Under the pieces are notes generated by a model. That model was not told the DNA's origin and did not search any database. It saw only the letters and a list, made by a program, of their open reading frames with translations. A DNA stretch of 64,000 nt from Candidatus Helarchaeota archaeon (GTDB lineage: Archaea > Asgardarchaeota > Lokiarchaeia > Helarchaeales > RDOG01), in contig JAHPZH010000001.1 in the NCBI GenBank assembly GCA_019058315.1, positions 407,536 through 471,535 of the forward strand. The letters are read 5' to 3'. The position numbers were made by a program, and so were the translations under genes. Below, piece by piece: positions 30,901-39,704 of the stretch; position 1 is the stretch's first letter, and each line of letters opens with the position of its first letter.

Positions 30901-33117
30901 AATCCAATTCCAAATATTAGATGGATAAATGTAACCGTTTCTTATGATGGAACTCCACAAATCAACGCAACATCCTCTAATCTACTTATAATTGTTTTAG
31001 GGAAATTTGAGACTAATCTAACTATAAATGATTTGGGAATGGCATCCTACTTTATTAGCAGTGAAGAGTTTTCTATTAATGCAACGTTAGAATATAATAA
31101 ATCTAATATATGGACTCCTATGCGGGGTGCAACTATTGAATTTATCATAGATTATAAAGATTATCAAGATGAAAACTTCATAACCACAACAAATGATGAC
31201 GGTATAGCTATTCTCGAGCACAATCCTCACGAAGGAGCATCCTCAATCATAATTAGAGCAAAATATCTTGGTAATATTTCCTTTTTCAGTACCAACGATA
31301 ATACAACTTCCTTCAAGATTACCAAATATAATGTCACTCTTCAAATCTTCGATATAAATCCAATCGAATTAATGATAGGCAATCCAATGATTTTATCATG
31401 TAAATTAAAATATTCAGAGACTGGAATTCCAATCTCAAATGCAACAGTTACATTTTTTGTGTATCTGGGTGATTCAAATCTAAGAATATTTGAGCAAAGT
31501 GCAGTTACAGATAAAGATGGAGTGGCTTTCACTGCATTAATATTACTTCAACCATTCGAAGCTCTTCCTCTTATTACAGTTGGAGTAGAATATGAAGGAG
31601 ATGAAAGTACGTTTAGTTCTACTACCACGTCTCCACTACCTACAATTCCAATGACTACTGCGAAATATTTCACTAATTATATAAATGAGAACTGGTGGTG
31701 GATGGCAATTATTATTGGAGCAGTTATTGCCATTTCTCTCGCATATAGATATGGAGTGAAATTGCCCCGTCGCCGTCGTGAAATAGCATTACAAAAGAAG
31801 ATTGCTAATAAAGTCAAGGATGCGCAAAATCTTAAACATTGCATTATCCTCGAGAAAAATTCAGGAGCGTCAATCTTTGATCAAGGGTTTGGGGATATAG
31901 ATTTGGACTCAGATCTAATTTCTGGCTTTTTAACAGCGATTTCCGCATTTCAGACCGAGATAGCTATTAAAGGGAAGAAAAAAGATGAAGCTACAGGCGG
32001 TTTTGAATTAAATTATGCAGATTTTAAAATATTATTAACAGATGGTGAGTTATCACGTTTTGCATTTATATTACAAGATAAACCAAGCGATAGTTTCCGT
32101 AGCGTTGCACAAGAGACTGTGAATCAATTTGAGGGTGATTATCGTTCCTACCTTATAGATTGGGATGGTGCTGTAAAACCTTTTGGAACTGCAAATCGTC
32201 TACTGGCAAGTAAATTTGAAATAGGGTTAAGTCAAGCTTTGAGAGTAAAAAAATTAAGTGAAAAAGAAATGAAACATCTTTCGGATTTATCAGCTGCTTT
32301 AGTCAGAATCGCAAAAAGTCAGCAACAACAAAAAAGCGGTAAATTTTTCGTTAATGACATAATGCAAATAGCTGTACAAGCTAGAAAAGAACCTGATTAC
32401 GAAATTTATTATGAAATTTACAATCTTTATAAGAATAGGATTCTAATACCAACTTCTAGAAAGGAGGCGTTGGTGGCTGCTAAAGAAATTATAACTCAAT
32501 TTCCTCCTCCTGAAGAAAAAAAGGTTAAAGAAGATACAATTAAGAAGGAATCAAAGTTAATAAAAGGAATTTATGTATCCGACTTAATTGATGAAGAATA
32601 TGAGAGATTAAGGCAAGAGATGGAATCTATGAGTCCAGCATACCAAAAAATATTTCAGAACGAAATTATGTTTTCTCCAGACGACAAAAGGACTGAAACC
32701 GTAAAAAAAATGTTAAGTAAAAGAGAAAAACTACAAAAAAAATTGAACAATAATCTCTTGGACATAGAAAATCTATCAAACAAAGAAACTCCATCCTATT
32801 CCGAGATATTTCAAAAAATGGAGGATAACAAAAGAATTTATGAGGATCTTGGAAACGAAGAAAAAGCTTTAATCACAGCTATGGAAATTCAAAAAGTTTT
32901 AGAAAAATTTGAGAGTGTAAATGAAATTAAAAGCTTGAGAGTTGACTTATCTAATATTACATCACAAGCGAAAGAGGCAAATGAAAACCAAGAATTCCTA
33001 AAAGCCGCAATATTATATAGGAAAGCTGCAAGGATATATGTTGAATTCGGAAATTTTGAAGATGCCGAAAAATTAGGTGAAATAGCAAGCTATACCGAAC
33101 AAAAATTTACGAATTAA
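27949..33117 (+). CDS. 1722-aa single-pass surface protein: Ig-like ectodomain, TM, cytoplasmic longin-like domain, helical C-terminal domain
   Basis: Signal peptide; ~1200 aa beta-rich with many N-x-S/T sequons; TM WWWMAIIIGAVIAISLAY then RRRR; IILEKNSGASIF..DSDLISGFLTAISAF..ELNYADFKILL.DG. Confidence 0.85.
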   Translation: MKRRNFMLFLVLLVSILFISTPFNSIISENNFKSPIWFNNPKNSEKAQKPPEIEPITDNKGLLESKGNQESGDVPDQPNEFTGQNATNAIIEFNNSFSSYQTDPYALFTDLGDINIPTNGFNITYSNLTFFNIITQGYYQDVETESGAGGALGGGQLPYINPANGTITGDPYVMSLEIEHGFISYIAGLELNLRCPNIGALIFCIVLNSTFNPLSLQIEPHSLAEGAFFGYYSGIGWHWVVFSGSGFLNTYDTFNNTFFIMPGVVDETHTTKVYWDYVYDSAVTDGDGDDEGLAYQYNLGLWNLLPIDFCVRKVNITGCVPPPEQIDMRINGTPLTNGPILYGNVTEDIEIFAFSTNYFNNTFLNGASGEIFYDITTNWSSYGRSSYIVFMLNATGGFENQTHAITRCHATAGNPIVNWNATLQGTYFPKGAYDKKINVTIPQSWNVSEVYENSTSINSTIITKAPYKFVNINATANGTWNIICNGTNFAGDVHVYNNTPPFLEAYSYFLNDTIKVNGSIYTNSPVKAELTVFNPNNHTVHTDQADLINEVASFTPWWIFDNSTNNGTHLLRVVWFNGTEVGINIANITCINEPTNLTVTNGPDPEIVIQGDIVTARIFYNDTYDDRGISGAIIKSNWSYSPLNPIDWLNGSYNITFITGFAPKGNYTIIINTTKNGYDTATTIIKFNVTLLVVLEPTELKIVRSIPFTLEDMYVNDTGKYAIVNYTFLVNGSGIKGADIMTDPDWTEPYFQYEDLSLGNTSLKGLYKIWLDTTGTHANEFHNIRFFATKPGFEPSEVISSLFQIHPIPTDIDVTGYENITKFEGEIVDLAACYKDNYHAGKPAIINANVNWTINTSTPESGDMELVILIYQGTINLPELEVLPGVYNVTIKAEAPDFKPYSKNITLNVLSKWSSLIIITNYSSYSQTEIRVGKDVTIEAEIEFGNTSIEREGRKLNYEIEYSNGFHIEDTRNTNENGTTFFLINPIPNIRWINVTVSYDGTPQINATSSNLLIIVLGKFETNLTINDLGMASYFISSEEFSINATLEYNKSNIWTPMRGATIEFIIDYKDYQDENFITTTNDDGIAILEHNPHEGASSIIIRAKYLGNISFFSTNDNTTSFKITKYNVTLQIFDINPIELMIGNPMILSCKLKYSETGIPISNATVTFFVYLGDSNLRIFEQSAVTDKDGVAFTALILLQPFEALPLITVGVEYEGDESTFSSTTTSPLPTIPMTTAKYFTNYINENWWWMAIIIGAVIAISLAYRYGVKLPRRRREIALQKKIANKVKDAQNLKHCIILEKNSGASIFDQGFGDIDLDSDLISGFLTAISAFQTEIAIKGKKKDEATGGFELNYADFKILLTDGELSRFAFILQDKPSDSFRSVAQETVNQFEGDYRSYLIDWDGAVKPFGTANRLLASKFEIGLSQALRVKKLSEKEMKHLSDLSAALVRIAKSQQQQKSGKFFVNDIMQIAVQARKEPDYEIYYEIYNLYKNRILIPTSRKEALVAAKEIITQFPPPEEKKVKEDTIKKESKLIKGIYVSDLIDEEYERLRQEMESMSPAYQKIFQNEIMFSPDDKRTETVKKMLSKREKLQKKLNNNLLDIENLSNKETPSYSEIFQKMEDNKRIYEDLGNEEKALITAMEIQKVLEKFESVNEIKSLRVDLSNITSQAKEANENQEFLKAAILYRKAARIYVEFGNFEDAEKLGEIASYTEQKFTN

Positions 33118-33137
33118 CTTGACTTTTATGAAATTCC

Positions 33138-33148
33138 TTTTTTTTTTT
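33138..33148 (+). terminator. Oligo-T tract, probable terminator
   Basis: T11 about 20 nt after the stop at 33117. Confidence 0.5.
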
Positions 33149-33288
33149 AATCAAAATTAATTATTTTCATGTAAATTTTTTAAAAGAATTAGAGGAAAAT
33201 AATATTATTCTAAATTTTTTAAATTATTTGAAACTATATTTTATAGTAGAAAATATAATATAAATTAATTAAATAAAATATAATTGGG

Positions 33289-34740
33289 ATGATAATGGAG
33301 AATATTAGAGATCCAAATGAAAAAAATGTAATTAGTAATTTAACGAAATATTTTGAATTAGAAACAACAGATTTTGAGGTTAATGAGAACGGAAACGTAG
33401 TCATACTCGATTTACATTGCGCAGATTTAGAAGATATTCCAAAAATAATTAGTGATCTTCCTCATTTAGAGGTAATACATTTACATGGAACAAAAATCAA
33501 GACGATAGAGGGATTAGATAAATTTCCAAATTTGGAAGAATTACATATATATGGTAATCAAATCAAAAAAATCAAGGGATTGGAGAATCTCTCTCAATTA
33601 AAAATAATAAATTTAGCGTATAATCAAATTAATAAGATAGAGGGGCTAGATAATCTCTCTCAATTACAGAAATTATTTTTAGAAGGCAATGAAATTAGTA
33701 AAATTGAGAATTTAGAACCCCTAGCTCAATTAAAAGTATTACGACTTGAAGCTAACAAAATTAAGAAAATTGAAGGAATAGGATCTCTTGCTTTACTACA
33801 AGAATTAGATCTATCTGACAATAAAATCGGGAAAATCGAAGGTCTAGAAAATGTTCCTTTACTTAGAACATTAAATCTTAGATTAAATGAGATTCAGAAA
33901 ATTGAAGGATTAGAACATCTGTCTCAATTAAAAACCTTGGACTTAAGAGTAAATTCGATTAAAAAGATAGAAGGCTTAGAAAAACTCACTCAATTAAAGA
34001 CATTGGATCTTAGACTTAATAAAATCACTAAATTAGAAGGATTAGATAATTGTACCCAATTAAAAAATTTAAGATTAGACAAAGAAAATTTAAGTGTGGC
34101 AGATCAAGTTTCATATGAAAAAGGAATAGCTGAAGCAACTGGACAAGTTCAACAAGGAGTAGCTGGAGTCGCTGGTCAAGTAACAGAGGAAATTCCAGCA
34201 GAAATCCATATTCCTAAACTAAAATTTGAGGAAGAAGATTTATTTAAAAAAGCATTACAATCAATGAGTGCAACCAACCAAAACCTATTGAAAAAAGAAA
34301 TTTTAGCAACACCAGATAATAAACGTGCATCTATAGTGAGAACTCTACTTAAGAGTAGAAAAAAATTAGATAAAGCACTTGAAACTAATGTTTCTGAAAT
34401 CGAAAAACTATTAAAAAAGAAAAAACCTCCATTAGAACAAATATTTCAAAAAATGGAAGCTTCAAAATCAATTTATGAAGAACTTGGAAATGAAGATAAA
34501 GCACAATCAACAGCTATGGAAATTGAAAAAATATTGAACAAATTCGATTCTATTTTAATAAAGAAAGAATTGAGTCGCGATGCAGCATTCAAAATAAAGG
34601 AAGCTAAAGCTGCGCTAAGCCGTAAAGATAATATAAAAGCAGCATTACTTTACAGAGATGCAGCCCGCTTATTTTTAGAAATAGGAAATCATGAACAAGC
34701 TGAGTTACTGAGACAAGATAGTATTAATTGTGAAGGTTGA
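33289..34740 (+). CDS. SDS22-type leucine-rich-repeat protein with C-terminal helical domain
   Basis: About ten 22-aa repeats L..L.L..N.I.KIEGLE.L.Q. C-terminus homologous to that of the upstream gene. Confidence 0.9.
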   Translation: MIMENIRDPNEKNVISNLTKYFELETTDFEVNENGNVVILDLHCADLEDIPKIISDLPHLEVIHLHGTKIKTIEGLDKFPNLEELHIYGNQIKKIKGLENLSQLKIINLAYNQINKIEGLDNLSQLQKLFLEGNEISKIENLEPLAQLKVLRLEANKIKKIEGIGSLALLQELDLSDNKIGKIEGLENVPLLRTLNLRLNEIQKIEGLEHLSQLKTLDLRVNSIKKIEGLEKLTQLKTLDLRLNKITKLEGLDNCTQLKNLRLDKENLSVADQVSYEKGIAEATGQVQQGVAGVAGQVTEEIPAEIHIPKLKFEEEDLFKKALQSMSATNQNLLKKEILATPDNKRASIVRTLLKSRKKLDKALETNVSEIEKLLKKKKPPLEQIFQKMEASKSIYEELGNEDKAQSTAMEIEKILNKFDSILIKKELSRDAAFKIKEAKAALSRKDNIKAALLYRDAARLFLEIGNHEQAELLRQDSINCEG

Positions 34741-34759
34741 GTTGTTTAATAAACATAGC

Positions 34760-34775
34760 TTTTTTTTATTTTTTT
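34760..34775 (+). terminator. Oligo-T tract, probable terminator
   Basis: T8-A-T7 after the stop at 34740. Confidence 0.5.
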
Positions 34776-34830
34776 CACTTATCTAAGTATAATACAATTA
34801 TATATTATTAATAATTAGATAGTTTTTTTA

Positions 34831-36804
34831 ATGCCTTTCAAACTTTACGCTAATTATAAACCAACAGGAGATCAGCCCGATGCTATTCAAGGGTTGATCG
34901 AGGGTTTAAATAAAAATTATAAATACCAAACATTATTGGGAGTTACAGGAAGCGGAAAAACTTTTACTATGGCAAATATTATAGAGAAAATGCAACGCCC
35001 CACCATAGTTATTTCTCATAATAAAACTTTAGCGGCACAATTATATAGAGAGTTTAAAGAATACTTTCCAAAAAATGCTGTGGAGTATTTCGTTTCTTAT
35101 TATAGTTATTTTCAGCCAGAAGCATACATTCCAAGAACTGATACTTATATTGAAAAAGATTCTTCTATTAATGAAGAAATTGACAAAATGAGACTTTCAG
35201 CGACTGTTGCCCTTTCTACCAGAAGGGATGTTATCATTGTCGCTTCCGTCAGCTGCATATATGGTTTGGGATCTCCGGAGAACTATGGGAAACTCACCCT
35301 TAATTTAACTAAAGGTGAAGAAAAAGAAAGAAGCTTTTTAATAAAACAATTAGTAGAAATACAATATGATAGAAATGATATAGCATTTGAAAGGGGCAAA
35401 TTTAGAGTTCGTGGTGACACTATTGATATATTTCCCTCCTATTATGGAAACAAAGCAATAAGAGTAGAATTTTTTGGAGATGAGATTGAACAAATTTCTG
35501 AGATAGATGTATTGAAGGGAGAAATAATAACTAAATTAGACAAAGCCATTATTTTTCCAGCACGTCATTATGTTATCCCTAATGAAAATGTTGATGATGC
35601 AATTAAAGGAATTGAAAAAGAATTAGAAATTCGTTTAAAAGAACTCAAAAGTAATAATAAATTGCTGGAAGCTCAAAGATTAGAGCAAAGAACAAAATTT
35701 GACCTCGAAATGATTAAAGAAACTGGGTTCTGCTCTGGTGTGGAGAATTATTCTCTCTATTTCAGTAATAGAAAACCAGGATCACCTCCATATACATTAT
35801 TGGACTTTTTTCCAAATGATTATTTAATGTTTATAGATGAAAGTCATGTATCAATTCCTCAAATTCGTGGAATGTACTTCGGGGACAAATCTCGTAAAGA
35901 TAGTTTAATTGAATATGGATTTAGGTTGCCTTCTGCATGGGACAACCGTCCTCTTAAGTTTGACGAATTTGTTGAACACGTTAATCAAGTAATCTTCGTT
36001 TCAGCAACTCCTGCCGATTTCGAATTGAATAAAAGTCAACAAATTGCTGAATTAATAGTTCGTCCAACCGGTTTAATAGAGCCAGAAGTAATCGTTAGAC
36101 CTATAAAGGGACAGATTGATGATGTTGTTTCTGAAATCAAGAAAAGGGTTGAAAAGAACGAAAGGGTTTTAGTTACAACCCTAACTAAGAGGATGGCAGA
36201 GGAACTTACTGATTATATTAGAGACCTAAAAATTAATGCTAGATATTTGCATTCTGAAATTGACACAATTGAAAGAACGGAAATTCTTCGAGGTTTGCGT
36301 TTAGGGACTAAACAAGGAGGATTCGATGCTTTAATAGGTATTAATTTATTGAGAGAAGGTCTTGATCTGCCCGAAGTATCTCTCGTTTGTATTTTAGATG
36401 CGGATAAACCTGGTTATCTAAGGTCTGAAATGGCGTTAATACAGACTGCGGGACGTGCTTCTCGTAATCTTAATGGACAAGTTATTATGTATGCTGATGA
36501 TATATCAAGTGCTATGGAAGCAGCAATAAACGAAATAACTAGAAGAAGACAAAAACAGATAGATTATAATAAAAAGTATGACATAAAACCGAGAACCATT
36601 GTTAAACCAATCCAAGATATCCTCTATTCTGTTCCTAAAGTAGAACGATTTAAACCTCAAAAAATGTCTCCACAAGAAATTCTGAAGACCGTATCCCAAT
36701 TAGAAACAGATATGAGATATTATGCTGATAATTTAGAATTTGAGAAAGCTGCACTTATCCGGGATAAGATTATTCAATTGAAAGATCATTTAAAAAGAAA
36801 ATAA
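34831..36804 (+). CDS. uvrB: Excinuclease ABC subunit B
   Basis: [40 protein letters not shown]-terminal UVR motif. Confidence 0.98.
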   Translation: MPFKLYANYKPTGDQPDAIQGLIEGLNKNYKYQTLLGVTGSGKTFTMANIIEKMQRPTIVISHNKTLAAQLYREFKEYFPKNAVEYFVSYYSYFQPEAYIPRTDTYIEKDSSINEEIDKMRLSATVALSTRRDVIIVASVSCIYGLGSPENYGKLTLNLTKGEEKERSFLIKQLVEIQYDRNDIAFERGKFRVRGDTIDIFPSYYGNKAIRVEFFGDEIEQISEIDVLKGEIITKLDKAIIFPARHYVIPNENVDDAIKGIEKELEIRLKELKSNNKLLEAQRLEQRTKFDLEMIKETGFCSGVENYSLYFSNRKPGSPPYTLLDFFPNDYLMFIDESHVSIPQIRGMYFGDKSRKDSLIEYGFRLPSAWDNRPLKFDEFVEHVNQVIFVSATPADFELNKSQQIAELIVRPTGLIEPEVIVRPIKGQIDDVVSEIKKRVEKNERVLVTTLTKRMAEELTDYIRDLKINARYLHSEIDTIERTEILRGLRLGTKQGGFDALIGINLLREGLDLPEVSLVCILDADKPGYLRSEMALIQTAGRASRNLNGQVIMYADDISSAMEAAINEITRRRQKQIDYNKKYDIKPRTIVKPIQDILYSVPKVERFKPQKMSPQEILKTVSQLETDMRYYADNLEFEKAALIRDKIIQLKDHLKRK

Positions 36805-36886
36805 GTTCAATCTATTGACAGATTTTTTACTACAAAATTATTTTTATAGAATTAGAAAATCATAGTTATAAAAGTAATGATTCTAT

Positions 36887-37162
36887 TTGGTGAATTTTTT
36901 GGTAAATCACTATAAATTGCACGGTTTGAACATCCCTAAAGAAGTTATAGATAAAGTAAAATGTCCTAAATGCGGATTTTTATTCTCAAAAATGCATTCT
37001 AGAGCAATCTCTTGCATGGGATGCAAGAAGAGTGTAATTGGAGATTGTGGGTTTATTAGATGCCCTAGATGTGACCATGAAATTCCAGGAATAATAAATA
37101 AAAATTTTACAATAAAATTAAAGAGTTATTATGACCAGTTTGGCTGGTCATATAAGAGATAG
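36887..37162 (+). CDS. Small Cys-rich zinc-finger protein
   Basis: CPKC, CMGC, C, CPRC in 91 aa. Confidence 0.7.
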   Translation: MVNFLVNHYKLHGLNIPKEVIDKVKCPKCGFLFSKMHSRAISCMGCKKSVIGDCGFIRCPRCDHEIPGIINKNFTIKLKSYYDQFGWSYKR

Positions 37163-37195
37163 GACTCAATTTTATTATTTTAAGGTTGAAAAGCT

Positions 37196-37831
37196 ATGGA
37201 AAAGACTATTTTTGAAAAAATACAAGATTTCCTTGTAAGTTTAAAAATGGAAGAGTGCCTTACTTTAATTAAAAAAGGTATTAAAGAAAAGATCCCTGCT
37301 TATGAAATGATAATGAAAGGTATTTACGAAGCTATGAAGCAGATTGGTGAAAAATTTGAAAAAAGAGAATATTTTTTAGCAGAATTAATGTTTGCATCAA
37401 AAATAACGAACGAAGCAATCGAGTTATTAAAACCTCACTTAAATACTGCATTAGAAACATCAGGGAAAATACTGATTGGAACTGTTAGTGGAGATATGCA
37501 TGATATTGGGAAAAATATTGTTGGTACTTTATTAAAAACGAGTGGTATAGAAGTATATGACATTGGTGTAGATGTGCCAATTGAAGTTTGGATAGAAAAA
37601 ATTAAGGAAATAAAACCAAATATAGTTGGACTTTCTGGTTTGATGGCTGCTAGCGTTTCAAGCATGAGAAACACAATTCAGGCAATAGAAAAAAATCAAT
37701 TACGAGATAAAGTTAAAATTGTAATTGGTGGGGGAACTGTTTCACAAACAGTTGCTGATCAAATAGGGGCAGATGCATACGCGTATGATGCGATGGAGGG
37801 GTTAAAAATTATTAGAAAACTTTTAGATTGA
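37196..37831 (+). CDS. Corrinoid (cobalamin-binding) protein, MtaC/MtbC/MtsB-like
   Basis: Helical cap, DMHDIG, VGLSGL, VIGGG, GADAY. Confidence 0.92.
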   Translation: MEKTIFEKIQDFLVSLKMEECLTLIKKGIKEKIPAYEMIMKGIYEAMKQIGEKFEKREYFLAELMFASKITNEAIELLKPHLNTALETSGKILIGTVSGDMHDIGKNIVGTLLKTSGIEVYDIGVDVPIEVWIEKIKEIKPNIVGLSGLMAASVSSMRNTIQAIEKNQLRDKVKIVIGGGTVSQTVADQIGADAYAYDAMEGLKIIRKLLD

Positions 37832-37844
37832 GTGGTGAATATGA

Positions 37845-38912
37845 ATGTATGATTGGAAATCAAGAATAGAAAGAGTTTCAAATTCACTTTTAGGTGCAGA
37901 AGTCGATAGACCTCCATTTTTAATTATGGCAGCTGAACAAATGATAAGCCGTGTAATGGGTTGTACAATTCATGATTTATATAATGATGGGAAATATTGG
38001 GCAAAGGCTACTATTAAAACACAAGAATTTTTTGGTTCTGATGTTCCTTACGTATGTCTCGATCCCGCTTTACTCACTGCAGAAGCATTTGGAGCTAAAT
38101 TTATTCATCGAAAATATCTAACTTCGACTGCAACTCCCGAAGATAGATTGATTAAAACTCCAGAAGATGTAGACAAACTCGAAATTCCGGATTATAGTAA
38201 ATCAGGTTTATATCCAGAATTAGTTAAAGCCTTTAAATATTTGAAAGAATATACCCATAGCCCTGTAATCGATGGTTTCTTTTTTTCAGATTTAACTTGG
38301 GGTCCCATACAACAATTGAGAGGAGATCAAGCATGGATGGATTTTTATATGAATCCCGACCTACTTCCGAAGCTTGCAGAAAAAATTTATGAAGGAAATC
38401 TAGCCTTATTAGAATATTGGAGAAAAGAATTATGGCGTCCAATGATTGATTTAAACATTGCATATTTGGGAAATAAAGATATGGCTTCATACAAGGATTT
38501 TTGGGAGATTGAAGGAAAATGGATAAAAAAATTTAGACAAAAAACAGGTATGGGGGTAGTTCTTCATAATTGCGGGAGGCAGCCATACTGGGAAGGTATG
38601 ATAAAAGATATCAAGTTACTTGGAGTTCAAGCGACTTTTGATGAATTTGGTAATTCAGATGTAAATTATTGGAAGGAAATGAAGAAAAAACATAATATTT
38701 ATGTAATTGGAACTCTGAATCAAACAGGACCTACATTAACGGGTACTCCAGAGGATGTTGAAAAGGAAGTTATTGAAAATTTGGAAGCTTTAACTCCAGG
38801 TGGAAAGTTTATGTTATCCCATGGATGTGAAGTTGGCTGGGGAATACCTCTAGAAAATATAATGGCTGTTAAAACTGGTGTAGAAAAATTTTCAAAAATG
38901 GGTAACAAATAA
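37845..38912 (+). CDS. MtaA/CmuA (URO-D fold) methylcobamide:thiol methyltransferase
   Basis: VDRPP, AEAFGA, QLRG, Zn motif LHNCG...SHGCE, GTPEDV, PLENI.A. Confidence 0.85.
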   Translation: MYDWKSRIERVSNSLLGAEVDRPPFLIMAAEQMISRVMGCTIHDLYNDGKYWAKATIKTQEFFGSDVPYVCLDPALLTAEAFGAKFIHRKYLTSTATPEDRLIKTPEDVDKLEIPDYSKSGLYPELVKAFKYLKEYTHSPVIDGFFFSDLTWGPIQQLRGDQAWMDFYMNPDLLPKLAEKIYEGNLALLEYWRKELWRPMIDLNIAYLGNKDMASYKDFWEIEGKWIKKFRQKTGMGVVLHNCGRQPYWEGMIKDIKLLGVQATFDEFGNSDVNYWKEMKKKHNIYVIGTLNQTGPTLTGTPEDVEKEVIENLEALTPGGKFMLSHGCEVGWGIPLENIMAVKTGVEKFSKMGNK

Positions 38913-38981
38913 TTTACAGCAATTTGAGTATTAAATAAAATATAAATACGCAAACTTCTTTCTACTTTTAACTTACTTATA

Positions 38982-39566
38982 ATGCCGGTGACATTTTTGG
39001 AAGAATTGGAAGTAAAAGAAATACAATTTAAAATGAGCAGAGGTATGAGTCCATCTGGTAAACGTTACGAGTATAACACATTATTAATTTTCCAAGTAGA
39101 TAACAATGAACTCGAAATGGGTGTTGGACCAAAGAATTATCTGAGATTAAAAAGATTATGTGGTCAAGAGCTTGATTCTCTTGAAAAAGTTATGGAAAGT
39201 TCCATTATTGAAACTGATACAAAAAATAATCTATTTACATTTTTCAGCCATAAATTCATTCAGCCTAAATTAGAAATTTTATTTTCTGAAATTGAAAAAG
39301 TTATTATTGATAATATCACCGTAAGATTTGCCGTTTTAGGATATTATTTGCAAGCTTCCATTTATTTGATAAATAAACACGTAATAAATAATTTTGATTG
39401 CGGTGAAGCTGCAGTTATGGCTAAAGTCGCAAATAAAAAGATTTTCGTCCTTGAAGATGTATTGAAAAAGAGAGATAAATTTGAAAAAGAAAAAGAAAGA
39501 TATCAAAGAAAAATTATAAGAGAAAAAGAAAAAAGAGAAGAATTAAAACGTAGAATATATGGTTAA
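38982..39566 (+). CDS. Hypothetical protein, weakly DUF151 (bifunctional nuclease)-like
   Basis: IEKVIIDN...Y.QASIYL...GEAAVMAKVANKKIFVLEDVL resembles the DUF151 C-terminus; charged helical tail. Confidence 0.45.
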   Translation: MPVTFLEELEVKEIQFKMSRGMSPSGKRYEYNTLLIFQVDNNELEMGVGPKNYLRLKRLCGQELDSLEKVMESSIIETDTKNNLFTFFSHKFIQPKLEILFSEIEKVIIDNITVRFAVLGYYLQASIYLINKHVINNFDCGEAAVMAKVANKKIFVLEDVLKKRDKFEKEKERYQRKIIREKEKREELKRRIYG

Positions 39567-39704
39567 ATGATTCCATAAACATTATAAACTTAAAAAACTA
39601 CTCTATATTTGATTTTATTTATAATATTTCATTTATTTCATAAACCCTTTTTTATTTAAACTAACTTTCAAATTGTATTATTAACATTTTAATTTGGTAT
39701 TTTA

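Noticed and set aside
33500-34080. 66-bp periodicity as a CRISPR or DNA repeat array
   Set aside because: It is explained by 22-aa LRR coding repeats; there are no identical repeats with unique spacers.
37845-38912. Uroporphyrinogen decarboxylase (hemE) call
   Set aside because: It lacks the RQAGR motif, has Zn ligands H-x-C...C, and follows a corrinoid protein.
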